From a phage: a DNA stretch of 64,000 bases. The position numbers and the translations under genes are program-made. Under the pieces are notes generated by a model that did no database searches, had not been told where the DNA came from, and saw only the letters and a program-made list of their open reading frames with translations. Numbering within the stretch: position 1 is the stretch's first letter; every line of letters begins with the position of its first letter. Of the stretch, positions 30,729 to 38,892 are shown in pieces. The stretch is taken from the sequence record PV467749.1. The stretch is one strand, 5' to 3'.

Positions 30729-31067
30729 TTAATACTCAATAATGTGATCTTCATAACCATTAGGTACAGGCTTAGTTTCTTTTATTAGTACTATCATCTT
30801 ATGTACTAATGGCATAGGAAACTCCAAATCCCATACTAATGATTCTTGAAAGTATTCCTCTTCAGATAAAGTACTTAAATCTTCAATGTCAATGTGTTCG
30901 TACATGTTATATTTGTAATCAGCAAAAGATATATAAAAACCTCTTGTATTATCATAAGTAAGTGCAAATGGCTTACCTTTGTAGTCCATTACAGAGTTAC
31001 ATGTATGGCATTTGATGTATGTACTTGCAAATGATTTATATACCTTGAGTTTTATATTAGTTTTCAT
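30729..31067 (-). CDS. family A (FQ-motif) paralog
   Basis: 112 aa; same motif as 30373-30714. Confidence 0.6.
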   Translation of the reverse strand: MKTNIKLKVYKSFASTYIKCHTCNSVMDYKGKPFALTYDNTRGFYISFADYKYNMYEHIDIEDLSTLSEEEYFQESLVWDLEFPMPLVHKMIVLIKETKPVPNGYEDHIIEY

Positions 31068-31341
31068 ATTTCTCTTTATTAGCTTGTTTAGATTGTTTGG
31101 TTTTATAGTGAATGAAATCTATTAATGTAATCAAGTACAACGTCAAATAGTACTCTTGTTGATCTGTACCTAATGATACAAAGAACTTGTGCTCATAGAT
31201 TAAAACCTGTTTCTCTTCAAATGGACATTTAATCCTCTGTATAGGCTTAAGTAAATGATAGTACTTATTAAATCTATGATACATTTCTAGTTCTGTCAGT
31301 ACTTTCATATTAAACATGTACTCCATTAGCTGTAGCATCAC
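31057..31341 (-). CDS. family B (LGTNYQE-motif) small protein
   Basis: 94 aa; motif SLGTDQQEYYL; start probably an internal ATG. Confidence 0.5.
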   Translation of the reverse strand: MMLQLMEYMFNMKVLTELEMYHRFNKYYHLLKPIQRIKCPFEEKQVLIYEHKFFVSLGTDQQEYYLTLYLITLIDFIHYKTKQSKQANKEKYEN

Positions 31342-31531
31342 GTAAAGCTCTCAAATACTTCTGTACTGCTTGCTCTTGATGATCTGTACCTAAAAGTATA
31401 TACATCCATAATTCACTGTAATGTACATCTTGTGTATAAGGGTTGTTGTAACTTTTTGATAATATAGCATCAAATTCAGATGCATGAACCCTTGCGAACT
31501 TAAGCATATCTTGTTGTGTTATGATTCTCAT
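31310..31531 (-). CDS. family B (LGTNYQE-motif) small protein
   Basis: 73 aa; motif LGTDHQEQAV. Confidence 0.55.
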   Translation of the reverse strand: MRIITQQDMLKFARVHASEFDAILSKSYNNPYTQDVHYSELWMYILLGTDHQEQAVQKYLRALRDATANGVHV

Positions 31532-31743
31532 ATCTTTTCCTGTACTATCTGCATAAGAATCTCTATGTGTGAATTAACAGTTCTCTCTTGATGCTGTGTT
31601 CCTAAGAGTGTCAGTACTATCATCTCTGAACGCAAAAGATTTTTTTCAAGTTCACTTATATCAGTTCTTGAATCAAGTGCCATATATTTGTGATTATTCT
31701 TCCTGAATAGTGCCAAGTACTCTTGATTTGATATTTCCTTCAT
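31528..31743 (-). CDS. family B (LGTNYQE-motif) small protein
   Basis: 71 aa; motif LGTQHQERTV; ATGA overlap. Confidence 0.55.
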   Translation of the reverse strand: MKEISNQEYLALFRKNNHKYMALDSRTDISELEKNLLRSEMIVLTLLGTQHQERTVNSHIEILMQIVQEKI

Positions 31744-31970
31744 AGTTTATTCCTGATGCCATTTAAAAGTGCTCTAATATGCTCCTGTACGAATTTGTAC
31801 TGACTGTCTGTTCCTAGAGTGAGTAGTAATCTTAAATCTGAACTTTTGATATGATATTCTAAATCATTATTTGATTCTTGCATCAGTTTCTTAAAGGATG
31901 AGAAGTTTGCAGCCATTAGTTCAATGTATTCTGCTGTTCCTAGTGGTTTGTGTATTGGCTGTTTGTGCAT
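31740..31970 (-). CDS. family B (LGTNYQE-motif) small protein
   Basis: 76 aa; motif LGTDSQYKFV. Confidence 0.55.
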   Translation of the reverse strand: MHKQPIHKPLGTAEYIELMAANFSSFKKLMQESNNDLEYHIKSSDLRLLLTLGTDSQYKFVQEHIRALLNGIRNKL

Positions 31971-32182
31971 TTTAATTTTATTACCCTTTTGAGTGTATTA
32001 ATGTAATTATACACATTGGCTTCTTGATAGTTAGTTCCCAGTGTAGCTTGAACATAGATTTCATTTAACTTAATAATTTTATCAGTATCTGGTAGTTTTG
32101 ATGTGTTAATGGCAAATAACTTCAAAAACAGTCCATTTAAGATTGTTAGGTATTCTTCGTCGGTAATGATTCGCATTTGCAT
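31940..32182 (-). CDS. family B (LGTNYQE-motif) small protein
   Basis: 80 aa; motif LGTNYQEANV; near-copy of next gene. Confidence 0.55.
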   Translation of the reverse strand: MQMRIITDEEYLTILNGLFLKLFAINTSKLPDTDKIIKLNEIYVQATLGTNYQEANVYNYINTLKRVIKLKCTNSQYTNH

Positions 32183-32388
32183 TGGATAAACCTTTTTAGT
32201 TCTTTGATGTAATCATTAATATTGCATTCTTGATAGTTAGTCCCTAGGGTAGCTTGAACATAGATTTCACTCATTAGAATATTTTTTTCTTCATCAGGTA
32301 AATCTGTGGTCTTTGCTATATACAATTTTAGAATTAAACTACTTAATAGTTCGTGGTATTCACTTGGTGAAAGGATTTTCATTTGCAT
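32146..32388 (-). CDS. family B (LGTNYQE-motif) small protein
   Basis: 80 aa; motif LGTNYQECNI. Confidence 0.55.
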   Translation of the reverse strand: MQMKILSPSEYHELLSSLILKLYIAKTTDLPDEEKNILMSEIYVQATLGTNYQECNINDYIKELKRFIQCKCESLPTKNT

Positions 32389-32594
32389 GTTCTCAGTACA
32401 GATTCTTTAAGTTCATCGATGTAGTCCTCAACGAATTGCTCTTGGAAGTTAGTTCCAACATATAAAAGAACTCTTAAATCTGCTCTAAGTAACTCTTTTT
32501 CATCATCATCTATATCAGACAATGTTATGTTTAAGAATTTACTTGTATTAAAGATTAACAATTCTGTTTGTTCACTGTGGCTTAAAATTTTCAT
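32379..32594 (-). CDS. family B (LGTNYQE-motif) small protein
   Basis: 71 aa; motif VGTNFQEQFV. Confidence 0.55.
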   Translation of the reverse strand: MKILSHSEQTELLIFNTSKFLNITLSDIDDDEKELLRADLRVLLYVGTNFQEQFVEDYIDELKESVLRTCK

Positions 32595-32802
32595 AATCTC
32601 TTTTTGCTTTCCTCGCCAAAAGGTACATATACGATTCTTCGTATTGTGCTTGGTAGTTTGTGTTTAAGAGTCGAAACAACTTCTGTTCTGCTAGAACGAG
32701 TTGCTTATCTTCATAACAACGATAGCGTATCAACTTTTTGTATTCGATGTTGATTACATCCATTACTATAAGCCCATGTTCATCATCTGTCAAGTGTTTC
32801 AT
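32572..32802 (-). CDS. family B (LGTNYQE-motif) small protein
   Basis: 76 aa; motif LNTNYQAQYE. Confidence 0.5.
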   Translation of the reverse strand: MKHLTDDEHGLIVMDVINIEYKKLIRYRCYEDKQLVLAEQKLFRLLNTNYQAQYEESYMYLLARKAKRDYENFKPQ

Positions 32803-33041
32803 GCATTTTTTCTTTTTCTTATATGTTTAGTTAAAAGGTATATTAGTTTTCTGATGTATTCTTCTTGGTAGTTTGTTCCTAGGAGTGCAAGAAGCTTTGC
32901 TTCAACTAGAGCTAATTGACGTTCTTCAAATGTGTGTTCCAGTATGTACTTTGGGTTTGATTTTTTAGAAATTGCACTATTAGTTTTCATTACAATCTTA
33001 TGATATTCATTAACTGTTAGGATTTTTAAATTCTTGAGCAT
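32799..33041 (-). CDS. family B (LGTNYQE-motif) small protein
   Basis: 80 aa; motif LGTNYQEEYI. Confidence 0.55.
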   Translation of the reverse strand: MLKNLKILTVNEYHKIVMKTNSAISKKSNPKYILEHTFEERQLALVEAKLLALLGTNYQEEYIRKLIYLLTKHIRKRKNA

Positions 33042-33267
33042 GTACCTTTTCCTTTATAGAGAATTTAAGATATCGAAGCATACTTTCAATGTAATACTCT
33101 TGTCTGTCAGTTCCAAGAAAGTACATGAGTTGAATGTATAAAACTTCTGCACTCCTTTCGGCAGGTGACTTGTTTGTGTCGTTTGGAAGTTGATTTGTAA
33201 GTTTTCTGGATTTAATTAATCGTTCTTTTAACTCATCGTCTGTTAAGTATTTCATTTCATTTTGCAT
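33010..33267 (-). CDS. family B (LGTNYQE-motif) small protein
   Basis: 85 aa; motif LGTDRQEYYI; near-copy of 33477-33713. Confidence 0.55.
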   Translation of the reverse strand: MQNEMKYLTDDELKERLIKSRKLTNQLPNDTNKSPAERSAEVLYIQLMYFLGTDRQEYYIESMLRYLKFSIKEKVHAQEFKNPNS

Positions 33268-33487
33268 TTACTTTTTCCATAATACTCATTACAAGATGTT
33301 CAATCATATTTTGAACCATAAATTCTTGTTTATCAGTTCCAAGAACGTATTGTAGCTTCTGAAACAATACATTCGCAGACATTTCATATATTGATTGATT
33401 TGGAACGAACTTAAGAGTAATGTTATTGGCTTTTAACATCTTCTCTTGAAATTCTTCATTCGTTAAGTATATCATTTCACTTTGCAT
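33257..33487 (-). CDS. family B (LGTNYQE-motif) small protein
   Basis: 76 aa; motif LGTDKQEFMV. Confidence 0.55.
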   Translation of the reverse strand: MQSEMIYLTNEEFQEKMLKANNITLKFVPNQSIYEMSANVLFQKLQYVLGTDKQEFMVQNMIEHLVMSIMEKVNAK

Positions 33488-33713
33488 TTATTTTTTCCAT
33501 AATAGTGATTTTAAGATATTTAATTATACGTTCAACGTGATACTCTTGCCTATCAGTTCCAAGAAGGTATGGTAATGACTGGAATAAAACTTCTGCACTC
33601 CTTTCCGCTGGGGTTTGGTTTGGGTTGTGTGGAAGATATTTTGTAAGTTTTTTGGATTTATCTAGTCTTTCTGTTAACTCATCATGTGTTAAGTATATCA
33701 TTTCATTTTGCAT
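33477..33713 (-). CDS. family B (LGTNYQE-motif) small protein
   Basis: 78 aa; motif LGTDRQEYHV. Confidence 0.55.
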   Translation of the reverse strand: MQNEMIYLTHDELTERLDKSKKLTKYLPHNPNQTPAERSAEVLFQSLPYLLGTDRQEYHVERIIKYLKITIMEKINAK

Positions 33714-33940
33714 TTAATGTTCCTTACGTAAATTGTCTGGATTAAAAGTGAAATCCATTTTTCTACATATTGGTTTTGATACTGTGTACCTAAGAGGAAC
33801 TGCATTTTAAACTCTGCTTCAAGTTCATATCTCTTTTCTATAGAAAAGCTTAAATGACCATATTCCTTATCGTATCGTCTCATAGCTTCCCCAATTCTAT
33901 CAAATCTTTCTGCTAATCTGATGTTATTCACAATATTCAT
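33698..33940 (-). CDS. family B (LGTNYQE-motif) small protein
   Basis: 80 aa; motif LGTQYQNQYV. Confidence 0.55.
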   Translation of the reverse strand: MNIVNNIRLAERFDRIGEAMRRYDKEYGHLSFSIEKRYELEAEFKMQFLLGTQYQNQYVEKWISLLIQTIYVRNIKCKMK

Positions 33941-34194
33941 CGATCAGTACACCTCAGTGGTTGGGTCATTTGATAAAAGTACAGCTTACCTTTGATTTCC
34001 AATAGTAACTCCGCGATTAAGCGATTTACTTCTGGCTCTTGATAGTTTGTTCCTAAGAATACACCCATCTTTAACTCACGCATCATAATCATTTTCTTAC
34101 TGTGTTGAATTTCTGGGTTGTGATAGATTGTATTACGTTTGTGTGTAATTTTTGTCATACGCTCGGTATATTCATCTTTACTTAAATTGATCAT
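33937..34194 (-). CDS. family B (LGTNYQE-motif) small protein
   Basis: 85 aa; motif LGTNYQEPEV. Confidence 0.55.
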   Translation of the reverse strand: MINLSKDEYTERMTKITHKRNTIYHNPEIQHSKKMIMMRELKMGVFLGTNYQEPEVNRLIAELLLEIKGKLYFYQMTQPLRCTDR

Positions 34195-34427
34195 TTTTTA
34201 TTCTCCAAAGCATCGCATTTATTTTCGATACAATTCATTAGTTCTCTAAGATAGTTTTTTACCTTACCTGCCTGATAGTTCGTCCCCAGGAAGTTGCATA
34301 ACTCTGCTTCTATTATTTTGATTCTTCTGTTATCAGGTTTCAATTTTTTGTTATTGAAGATTTGAATCCTTATATCCCTTGATGCATTTAAACGTTTTTG
34401 ATAATCATGGTAAGATAAATGAATCAT
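34191..34427 (-). CDS. family B (LGTNYQE-motif) small protein
   Basis: 78 aa; motif LGTNYQAGKV. Confidence 0.55.
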   Translation of the reverse strand: MIHLSYHDYQKRLNASRDIRIQIFNNKKLKPDNRRIKIIEAELCNFLGTNYQAGKVKNYLRELMNCIENKCDALENKK

Positions 34428-34642
34428 TTACTTTGTATCTCTCTCTTGAGGGCATCAATTAACAACAGTACAGCATTCTCTTGATAGTTTGTTCCTAAGA
34501 CTGAAAGCATCTTAATCTCATTTACTACAATCAACTTCTTTGAGCGTTCAATAATGTTACTATTATAAACGGCGTTACGTGCTGGATAAGTTTTTGCAAG
34601 ACGATCATAATATTCATCTTTACTTAAATTAATCATTTGCAT
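34424..34642 (-). CDS. family B (LGTNYQE-motif) small protein
   Basis: 72 aa; motif LGTNYQENAV. Confidence 0.55.
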   Translation of the reverse strand: MQMINLSKDEYYDRLAKTYPARNAVYNSNIIERSKKLIVVNEIKMLSVLGTNYQENAVLLLIDALKREIQSK

Positions 34643-34851
34643 TTACTTTTGACCTCTTTCAGTAGAGCATCAACCCATATGTCTACATACATTTGTTGAT
34701 AGTTTGTGTCTAATAGTGCACCTACATATAGTTCAGCTACCATTGCGTGCTTTAGGTCAACAGGGATGCTCTTATCAGATTGAATCTTTACCCTTCTGCT
34801 TCCACATGTTTTCAGAAGCTTAACATATTCGTAACCTATTAATTTTCTCAT
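34633..34851 (-). CDS. family B (LGTNYQE-motif) small protein
   Basis: 72 aa; motif LDTNYQQMYV. Confidence 0.55.
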   Translation of the reverse strand: MRKLIGYEYVKLLKTCGSRRVKIQSDKSIPVDLKHAMVAELYVGALLDTNYQQMYVDIWVDALLKEVKSKCK

Positions 34852-35063
34852 TCTCTGGATAACACCTTGTTGCGTAAGGCACTTAACAATACGTCAGTGT
34901 AGATGTTTTGATAGTTTGTTCCTACGAAAGCACCCAACTTCATTTCAGCTATTATAACACATTTGTCCTCTTGTGCAATAGACTTGTCTAAAGAAATACT
35001 AACAACTTTCCTTCTTATAGCTTGTAACCTCCAATGATACTGAAACTCATTTAGTGTTATCAT
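34848..35063 (-). CDS. family B (LGTNYQE-motif) small protein
   Basis: 71 aa; motif VGTNYQNIYT. Confidence 0.55.
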   Translation of the reverse strand: MITLNEFQYHWRLQAIRRKVVSISLDKSIAQEDKCVIIAEMKLGAFVGTNYQNIYTDVLLSALRNKVLSRE

Positions 35064-35298
35064 TATCTCGTCTCCATATCTCGGTTCTAATGTGTTGACA
35101 TTGTGCTTCGATGAACATATCTATTGATTTGGCAATTGCGTTTTTATCTGTGCCAGTCATCAGTACAAGCATCTCGGCCTCACAGTGAAGTAAACGCATG
35201 ATATCATAGGGTAATATTCCAGATACCGTGTCATAGTGTTTCTGTGCCAGTGTCTGTAATAGTTTACAATACATTTTGTGATTTAGTCTGTGTCGCAT
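35047..35298 (-). CDS. family B-like small protein (divergent)
   Basis: 83 aa; degenerate motif TGTDKNAIAK. Confidence 0.45.
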   Translation of the reverse strand: MRHRLNHKMYCKLLQTLAQKHYDTVSGILPYDIMRLLHCEAEMLVLMTGTDKNAIAKSIDMFIEAQCQHIRTEIWRRDNDNTK

Positions 35299-35558
35299 TG
35301 TTTATTCCATTCTTTTTTTTTGGCCTTGATGGTTTTATATTGGATTTGGTTTCTTAATGCTGATAAGTATCGTTGAATGAACAGATCTTGATAGTTTGTT
35401 CCAATGAATTTCATAAGATAAAGTTCACCGTTGATAACATCCACTTCAGGTGCACCATATAAGGCATTGTTTTTTCTAAGGGCATGGATTAAAGAGAATA
35501 GGGCAGTTTGATACTCAACTCCTGATAAAATCTTCATGTTTTGTGAGCAAATAATCAT
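35283..35558 (-). CDS. family B (LGTNYQE-motif) small protein
   Basis: 91 aa; motif IGTNYQDLFI. Confidence 0.5.
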   Translation of the reverse strand: MIICSQNMKILSGVEYQTALFSLIHALRKNNALYGAPEVDVINGELYLMKFIGTNYQDLFIQRYLSALRNQIQYKTIKAKKKEWNKQCDTD

Positions 35559-35772
35559 CTAGTTTATCCTGTATAACATTCGTTAATTGTTCGATATATT
35601 CTGTGCAAAACTTATCTTGATATTGAGTCCCCATAAAGTACAGCAACCATAGCTCATTAACTTTAGCTCGCATTTGGTTCCATGTAAGGCTGGGGTCATC
35701 GTAGACTATCCTTGCTATAGGGGTTAGTTTACGGACTATAGTTTCATATTCATCTAGTGTTAAGTGTTTCAT
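35515..35772 (-). CDS. family B (LGTNYQE-motif) small protein
   Basis: 85 aa; motif MGTQYQDKFC. Confidence 0.5.
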   Translation of the reverse strand: MKHLTLDEYETIVRKLTPIARIVYDDPSLTWNQMRAKVNELWLLYFMGTQYQDKFCTEYIEQLTNVIQDKLDDYLLTKHEDFIRS

Positions 35773-35987
35773 TTACATTTGTCCCTTATTAGATCAGTGA
35801 GGGCAACTATGTGTGCAACAACATACTCTTCCTGAAAGTTCGTCCCCAGTACAGCCATCATGCGTATATCGGTGGTGTTTATCCTGTGTTCCCTTACACA
35901 TAAACCTTCTGTGTGAGGAAGTGTAAAATATTTGTTTATTGCAGCAACGATAATTTTATTCTTCTCGGAGTTACTTAAATGTTTCAT
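35769..35987 (-). CDS. family B (LGTNYQE-motif) small protein
   Basis: 72 aa; motif LGTNFQEEYV. Confidence 0.55.
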   Translation of the reverse strand: MKHLSNSEKNKIIVAAINKYFTLPHTEGLCVREHRINTTDIRMMAVLGTNFQEEYVVAHIVALTDLIRDKCK

Positions 35988-36196
35988 AGTTTACTCCTGA
36001 TATAATTCTGAAGTGCAATTAAGTATTCCCCTACATAATACACCTGAAAGTCTGTATCAAGGAATGCACCCATAAGTAAATCTTTTTCTAATACCCTTGA
36101 TAAGTTAAGGTCTGCATTTGAAAGGTATATAAGTAAGATTTCACCCTGTGCGGAATTGAAACGTTTCTTATATTCTTCTGGTGTTAAAAAAATCAT
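35984..36196 (-). CDS. family B (LGTNYQE-motif) small protein
   Basis: 70 aa; motif LDTDFQVYYV; near-copy of next gene. Confidence 0.55.
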   Translation of the reverse strand: MIFLTPEEYKKRFNSAQGEILLIYLSNADLNLSRVLEKDLLMGAFLDTDFQVYYVGEYLIALQNYIRSKL

Positions 36197-36408
36197 AATT
36201 TGCTCCTGATATATTTCTCAAGAGATGACAAATACTTTTCCTCATAATACTTCTGATAGTCTGTTCCTAAGAATGCACCCAAAAGTATTTCATTTTCCAA
36301 TACCTCGGCTAAGTTTAAATCAGAAGTCTCTTCGTATATTATGAGGATTTCAAGTTGTCTGGCAGCGATGCGTTCAGTATATTGATATGAGTTTTCTATA
36401 ATAATCAT
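36193..36408 (-). CDS. family B (LGTNYQE-motif) small protein
   Basis: 71 aa; motif LGTDYQKYYE. Confidence 0.55.
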   Translation of the reverse strand: MIIIENSYQYTERIAARQLEILIIYEETSDLNLAEVLENEILLGAFLGTDYQKYYEEKYLSSLEKYIRSKL

Positions 36409-36614
36409 AATTTACTCTTTATATCTTGAATTAAAAATCGAATCCATTCTTCAACATAATCTTCCTGATGGTTTGTGTTCAGTACAGCCAACATGCGGAT
36501 CTCTGCTCTTGCAACTTCAATTTCAGTTTTAGGAAGGTCTTTGCTGATATCCACCATTAAGTCCATGTATTTCAAGATAAGACCGTATGATTGGGTTCGT
36601 GTTATAGTTTTCAT
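36405..36614 (-). CDS. family B (LGTNYQE-motif) small protein
   Basis: 69 aa; motif LNTNHQEDYV. Confidence 0.55.
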   Translation of the reverse strand: MKTITRTQSYGLILKYMDLMVDISKDLPKTEIEVARAEIRMLAVLNTNHQEDYVEEWIRFLIQDIKSKL

Positions 36615-36811
36615 TGTTTCCTCGTGGACAATATTTTATTTTTCAATGTATCCATATATTGAATCACCCATCTTTCCTGATAGTTAGTTCCCAAAGTAAT
36701 CAAAAGGTATAACTCCATTCGTTCTACGTGTGTGTCTGTATTATAAATCTTTGTGAAGTTTTTACGTAACAGTTCTTGATAATCTTCTTTATTTAAAATA
36801 CGCATTTTCAT
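36611..36811 (-). CDS. family B (LGTNYQE-motif) small protein
   Basis: 66 aa; motif LGTNYQERWV. Confidence 0.55.
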   Translation of the reverse strand: MKMRILNKEDYQELLRKNFTKIYNTDTHVERMELYLLITLGTNYQERWVIQYMDTLKNKILSTRKQ

Positions 36812-37005
36812 AGTCTACCTTTTATGTCCCTTCGTAATTCTTGTAAGTATAGTTCGATATACTTTTCTTGATAGTTAGTTCCTATGAAAAGTTTCATAAC
36901 CAATTCACGCTTATATGCAATACCACGGATATGTGACATATGTAGGATATATGCCATGTTGGATATGAGTGTGTGGTTGTGCTCTTCTTGAGTTAAAATA
37001 CGCAT
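36808..37005 (-). CDS. family B (LGTNYQE-motif) small protein, first gene of array
   Basis: 65 aa; motif IGTNYQEKYI. Confidence 0.55.
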   Translation of the reverse strand: MRILTQEEHNHTLISNMAYILHMSHIRGIAYKRELVMKLFIGTNYQEKYIELYLQELRRDIKGRL

Positions 37006-37254
37006 AGGGACTCCATTAAAAATAATATCAATCCAATAATATACGATTCATATAAAAAGTCAATAACATTTTATAAGTAATACCCCTTTATCGAAGTCGC
37101 TAAGGTTACCCGCCCTTTAGCCCCCTACGCATTTTGCCATAGTCCAATCCCTTTTTATTCATAAAAGTCAAGGGATTACCTATGCATTTTTTTAACGCTG
37201 AAGTTTAAAAATGCCTTGACTTTTTTATGATTCAGTACTAAATCCTTTTACGCA

Positions 37255-37464
37255 TTAATCCTTCGTTACGCTTACGATTATCTGTGTATCCCCATAGTCC
37301 TGCCATACTTCCACGCCAGCCGTCGCCCTGGTTAGTCGTGCTGTCATCTGCTTAATGGTCTTAGGCTTTAGTGGAACCTGTTGCAGTACTGTACGCATAG
37401 CACTATCGACGTTATCATGTACGCCTGCAATAGTGCCTAGGACGCTGTATACTGTATAGAACAT
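37255..37464 (-). CDS. hypothetical small protein
   Basis: 69 aa; AGGAGG SD; intergenic hairpin AGGCCGC..GCGGCCT upstream. Confidence 0.5.
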   Translation of the reverse strand: MFYTVYSVLGTIAGVHDNVDSAMRTVLQQVPLKPKTIKQMTARLTRATAGVEVWQDYGDTQIIVSVTKD

Positions 37465-37532
37465 ATGTATGCCCTCCTGATATAGTTAAGGCCGCTACAA
37501 GGCGGCCTATGATGTTTGGTGATGTGTAACGC

Positions 37533-37934
37533 TTACAGTCCTAAGATAGTGCGTGCTTCGTTACGTTCCGTACACAGCTGCATGATGTGAGCAAGTAAGT
37601 CCTTGCTAATGTATCCGGTGTTCATAGCTTCACGAATAGATACATCATAAGCACCGAACCCAGTGCGAACGATACGCACATCATTCAGGTTAGTATTATA
37701 GATACCGCCGAGATCAACGGCTTCGAATACTACATCAACAGAATATTCATTGTTGCCATCGTGGAAGTTTTCCAGTGCAATAGTATTGGAAACCGCCCAA
37801 CGTTTGCAGTTTCCAATGATGCGGCACTGTTCCGGTTGGATAGTGCCATTACTTACAGCGTACTCCAGTGCATCTTTACCAAAAGTCCGAGCCAGTACTA
37901 AAACGTCAGCGAAGGAAGTGATTGAGAAGGTCAT
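37533..37934 (-). CDS. hypothetical protein
   Basis: 133 aa from ATG 37932-37934 (AAGGAG SD); track ORF extended through promoter. Confidence 0.55.
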   Translation of the reverse strand: MTFSITSFADVLVLARTFGKDALEYAVSNGTIQPEQCRIIGNCKRWAVSNTIALENFHDGNNEYSVDVVFEAVDLGGIYNTNLNDVRIVRTGFGAYDVSIREAMNTGYISKDLLAHIMQLCTERNEARTILGL

Positions 37935-37988
37935 GATAAAACTCCTTAATTTAGGAGGGAGAACCATTTCCCCCTCTCTATGTAAAAC

Positions 37989-38016
37989 ATTATACATGAA
38001 TCTAAGTACTATGCAA
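37989..38016 (-). promoter_or_regulatory. sigma70-like early promoter
   Basis: Minus-strand TTGCAT, 16 bp spacer, TATAAT; transcript start context TACAT. Confidence 0.5.
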
Positions 38017-38023
38017 GTACTTT

Positions 38024-38356
38024 TTACATTTTGATACCTGGATTCAGGTAGCGGTGAGATCCATACTCTGGATCGGTTTCGGTCCAGTACTGTAAATCGA
38101 TAGTACCTTTCGCGTTAATCTTGTCTACCAGCTTATTCATCTTAGCGTATACTACATCAGCATCGATGCGTTTAAAGCCAGTGGCTTTAGTGAAGTAGTA
38201 GTGATTTGCTTCACTATCATTCAGGATGTACCGAGAACCGTTTGCCGTTTGTGCGATAATGATTGAGTATTCTACGTTACGGTCGAGGCCGTCGATGAAT
38301 ACAGAGGAAACATTAGTACGGATGAATGCTTTAACGATAGCGATTGAAGTAGTCAT
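38024..38356 (-). CDS. hypothetical protein
   Basis: 110 aa; AGGAG SD. Confidence 0.55.
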   Translation of the reverse strand: MTTSIAIVKAFIRTNVSSVFIDGLDRNVEYSIIIAQTANGSRYILNDSEANHYYFTKATGFKRIDADVVYAKMNKLVDKINAKGTIDLQYWTETDPEYGSHRYLNPGIKM

Positions 38357-38409
38357 TTTGAATCTCCTAACTTTGTGGGCCGTCGCACCATTGCCGCCCT
38401 ACGAGATAC

Positions 38410-38438
38410 ATTATCGCAGTACTGATATACTTTGTCAA
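38410..38438 (-). promoter_or_regulatory. sigma70-like early promoter
   Basis: Minus-strand TTGACA, 17 bp spacer with CAGTACTG, GATAAT. Confidence 0.5.
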
Positions 38439-38560
38439 TACTTTTTTATTAATAGTTTTCACCCCACCAGCAGATAGTTACTCACCGTTATTAACTATAT
38501 ATTTTGGATACACCTATGCACCCTGTGGGCTAGTTTTTGTCTATGCGTATATAATAGCAA

Positions 38561-38584
38561 AGGGACTGACCGGAGTCAATCCCT
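38561..38584. terminator. bidirectional terminator inside repeated intergenic cassette
   Basis: Hairpin AGGGACTGAC-cgga-GTCAATCCCT with T7 on plus and U-rich tail on minus; 3' of gene 38602-38802. Confidence 0.5.
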
Positions 38585-38601
38585 TTTTTTATTCTTTTTT
38601 G

Positions 38602-38802
38602 TTAGATGATTCTCCAATCATCAACGATCATGGTAAGATACCGAACCAGTGATTCGAGTGATTCGTGTTCTCGATAGTCTGCCGCTCCACCAGCGGTACA
38701 AGTACAGCCGATTAAGCCGTTTTGTAGTTCCTGGATCTTTACGTCGATCTGGTTGGCTTTAGCTTCTTTCAGTACTGCAACCAGGGCGATAGCGATAGAC
38801 AT
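38602..38802 (-). CDS. hypothetical small protein
   Basis: 66 aa. Confidence 0.5.
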   Translation of the reverse strand: MSIAIALVAVLKEAKANQIDVKIQELQNGLIGCTCTAGGAADYREHESLESLVRYLTMIVDDWRII

Positions 38803-38892
38803 AATGTTTTACTCCAAACTATTGGCGGGAGAACTATTCCCCCGCTCTATGTAAAACATTATACATTACTGGTTAGTACTGTCAAATAGTTT

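Noticed and set aside
30154-37005. Possible CRISPR array, given a regular ~220-bp periodicity
   Set aside because: The periodic units are diverged protein-coding paralogs with start codons, SD sites and conserved amino-acid motifs; there are no short identical direct repeats separated by unique spacers.
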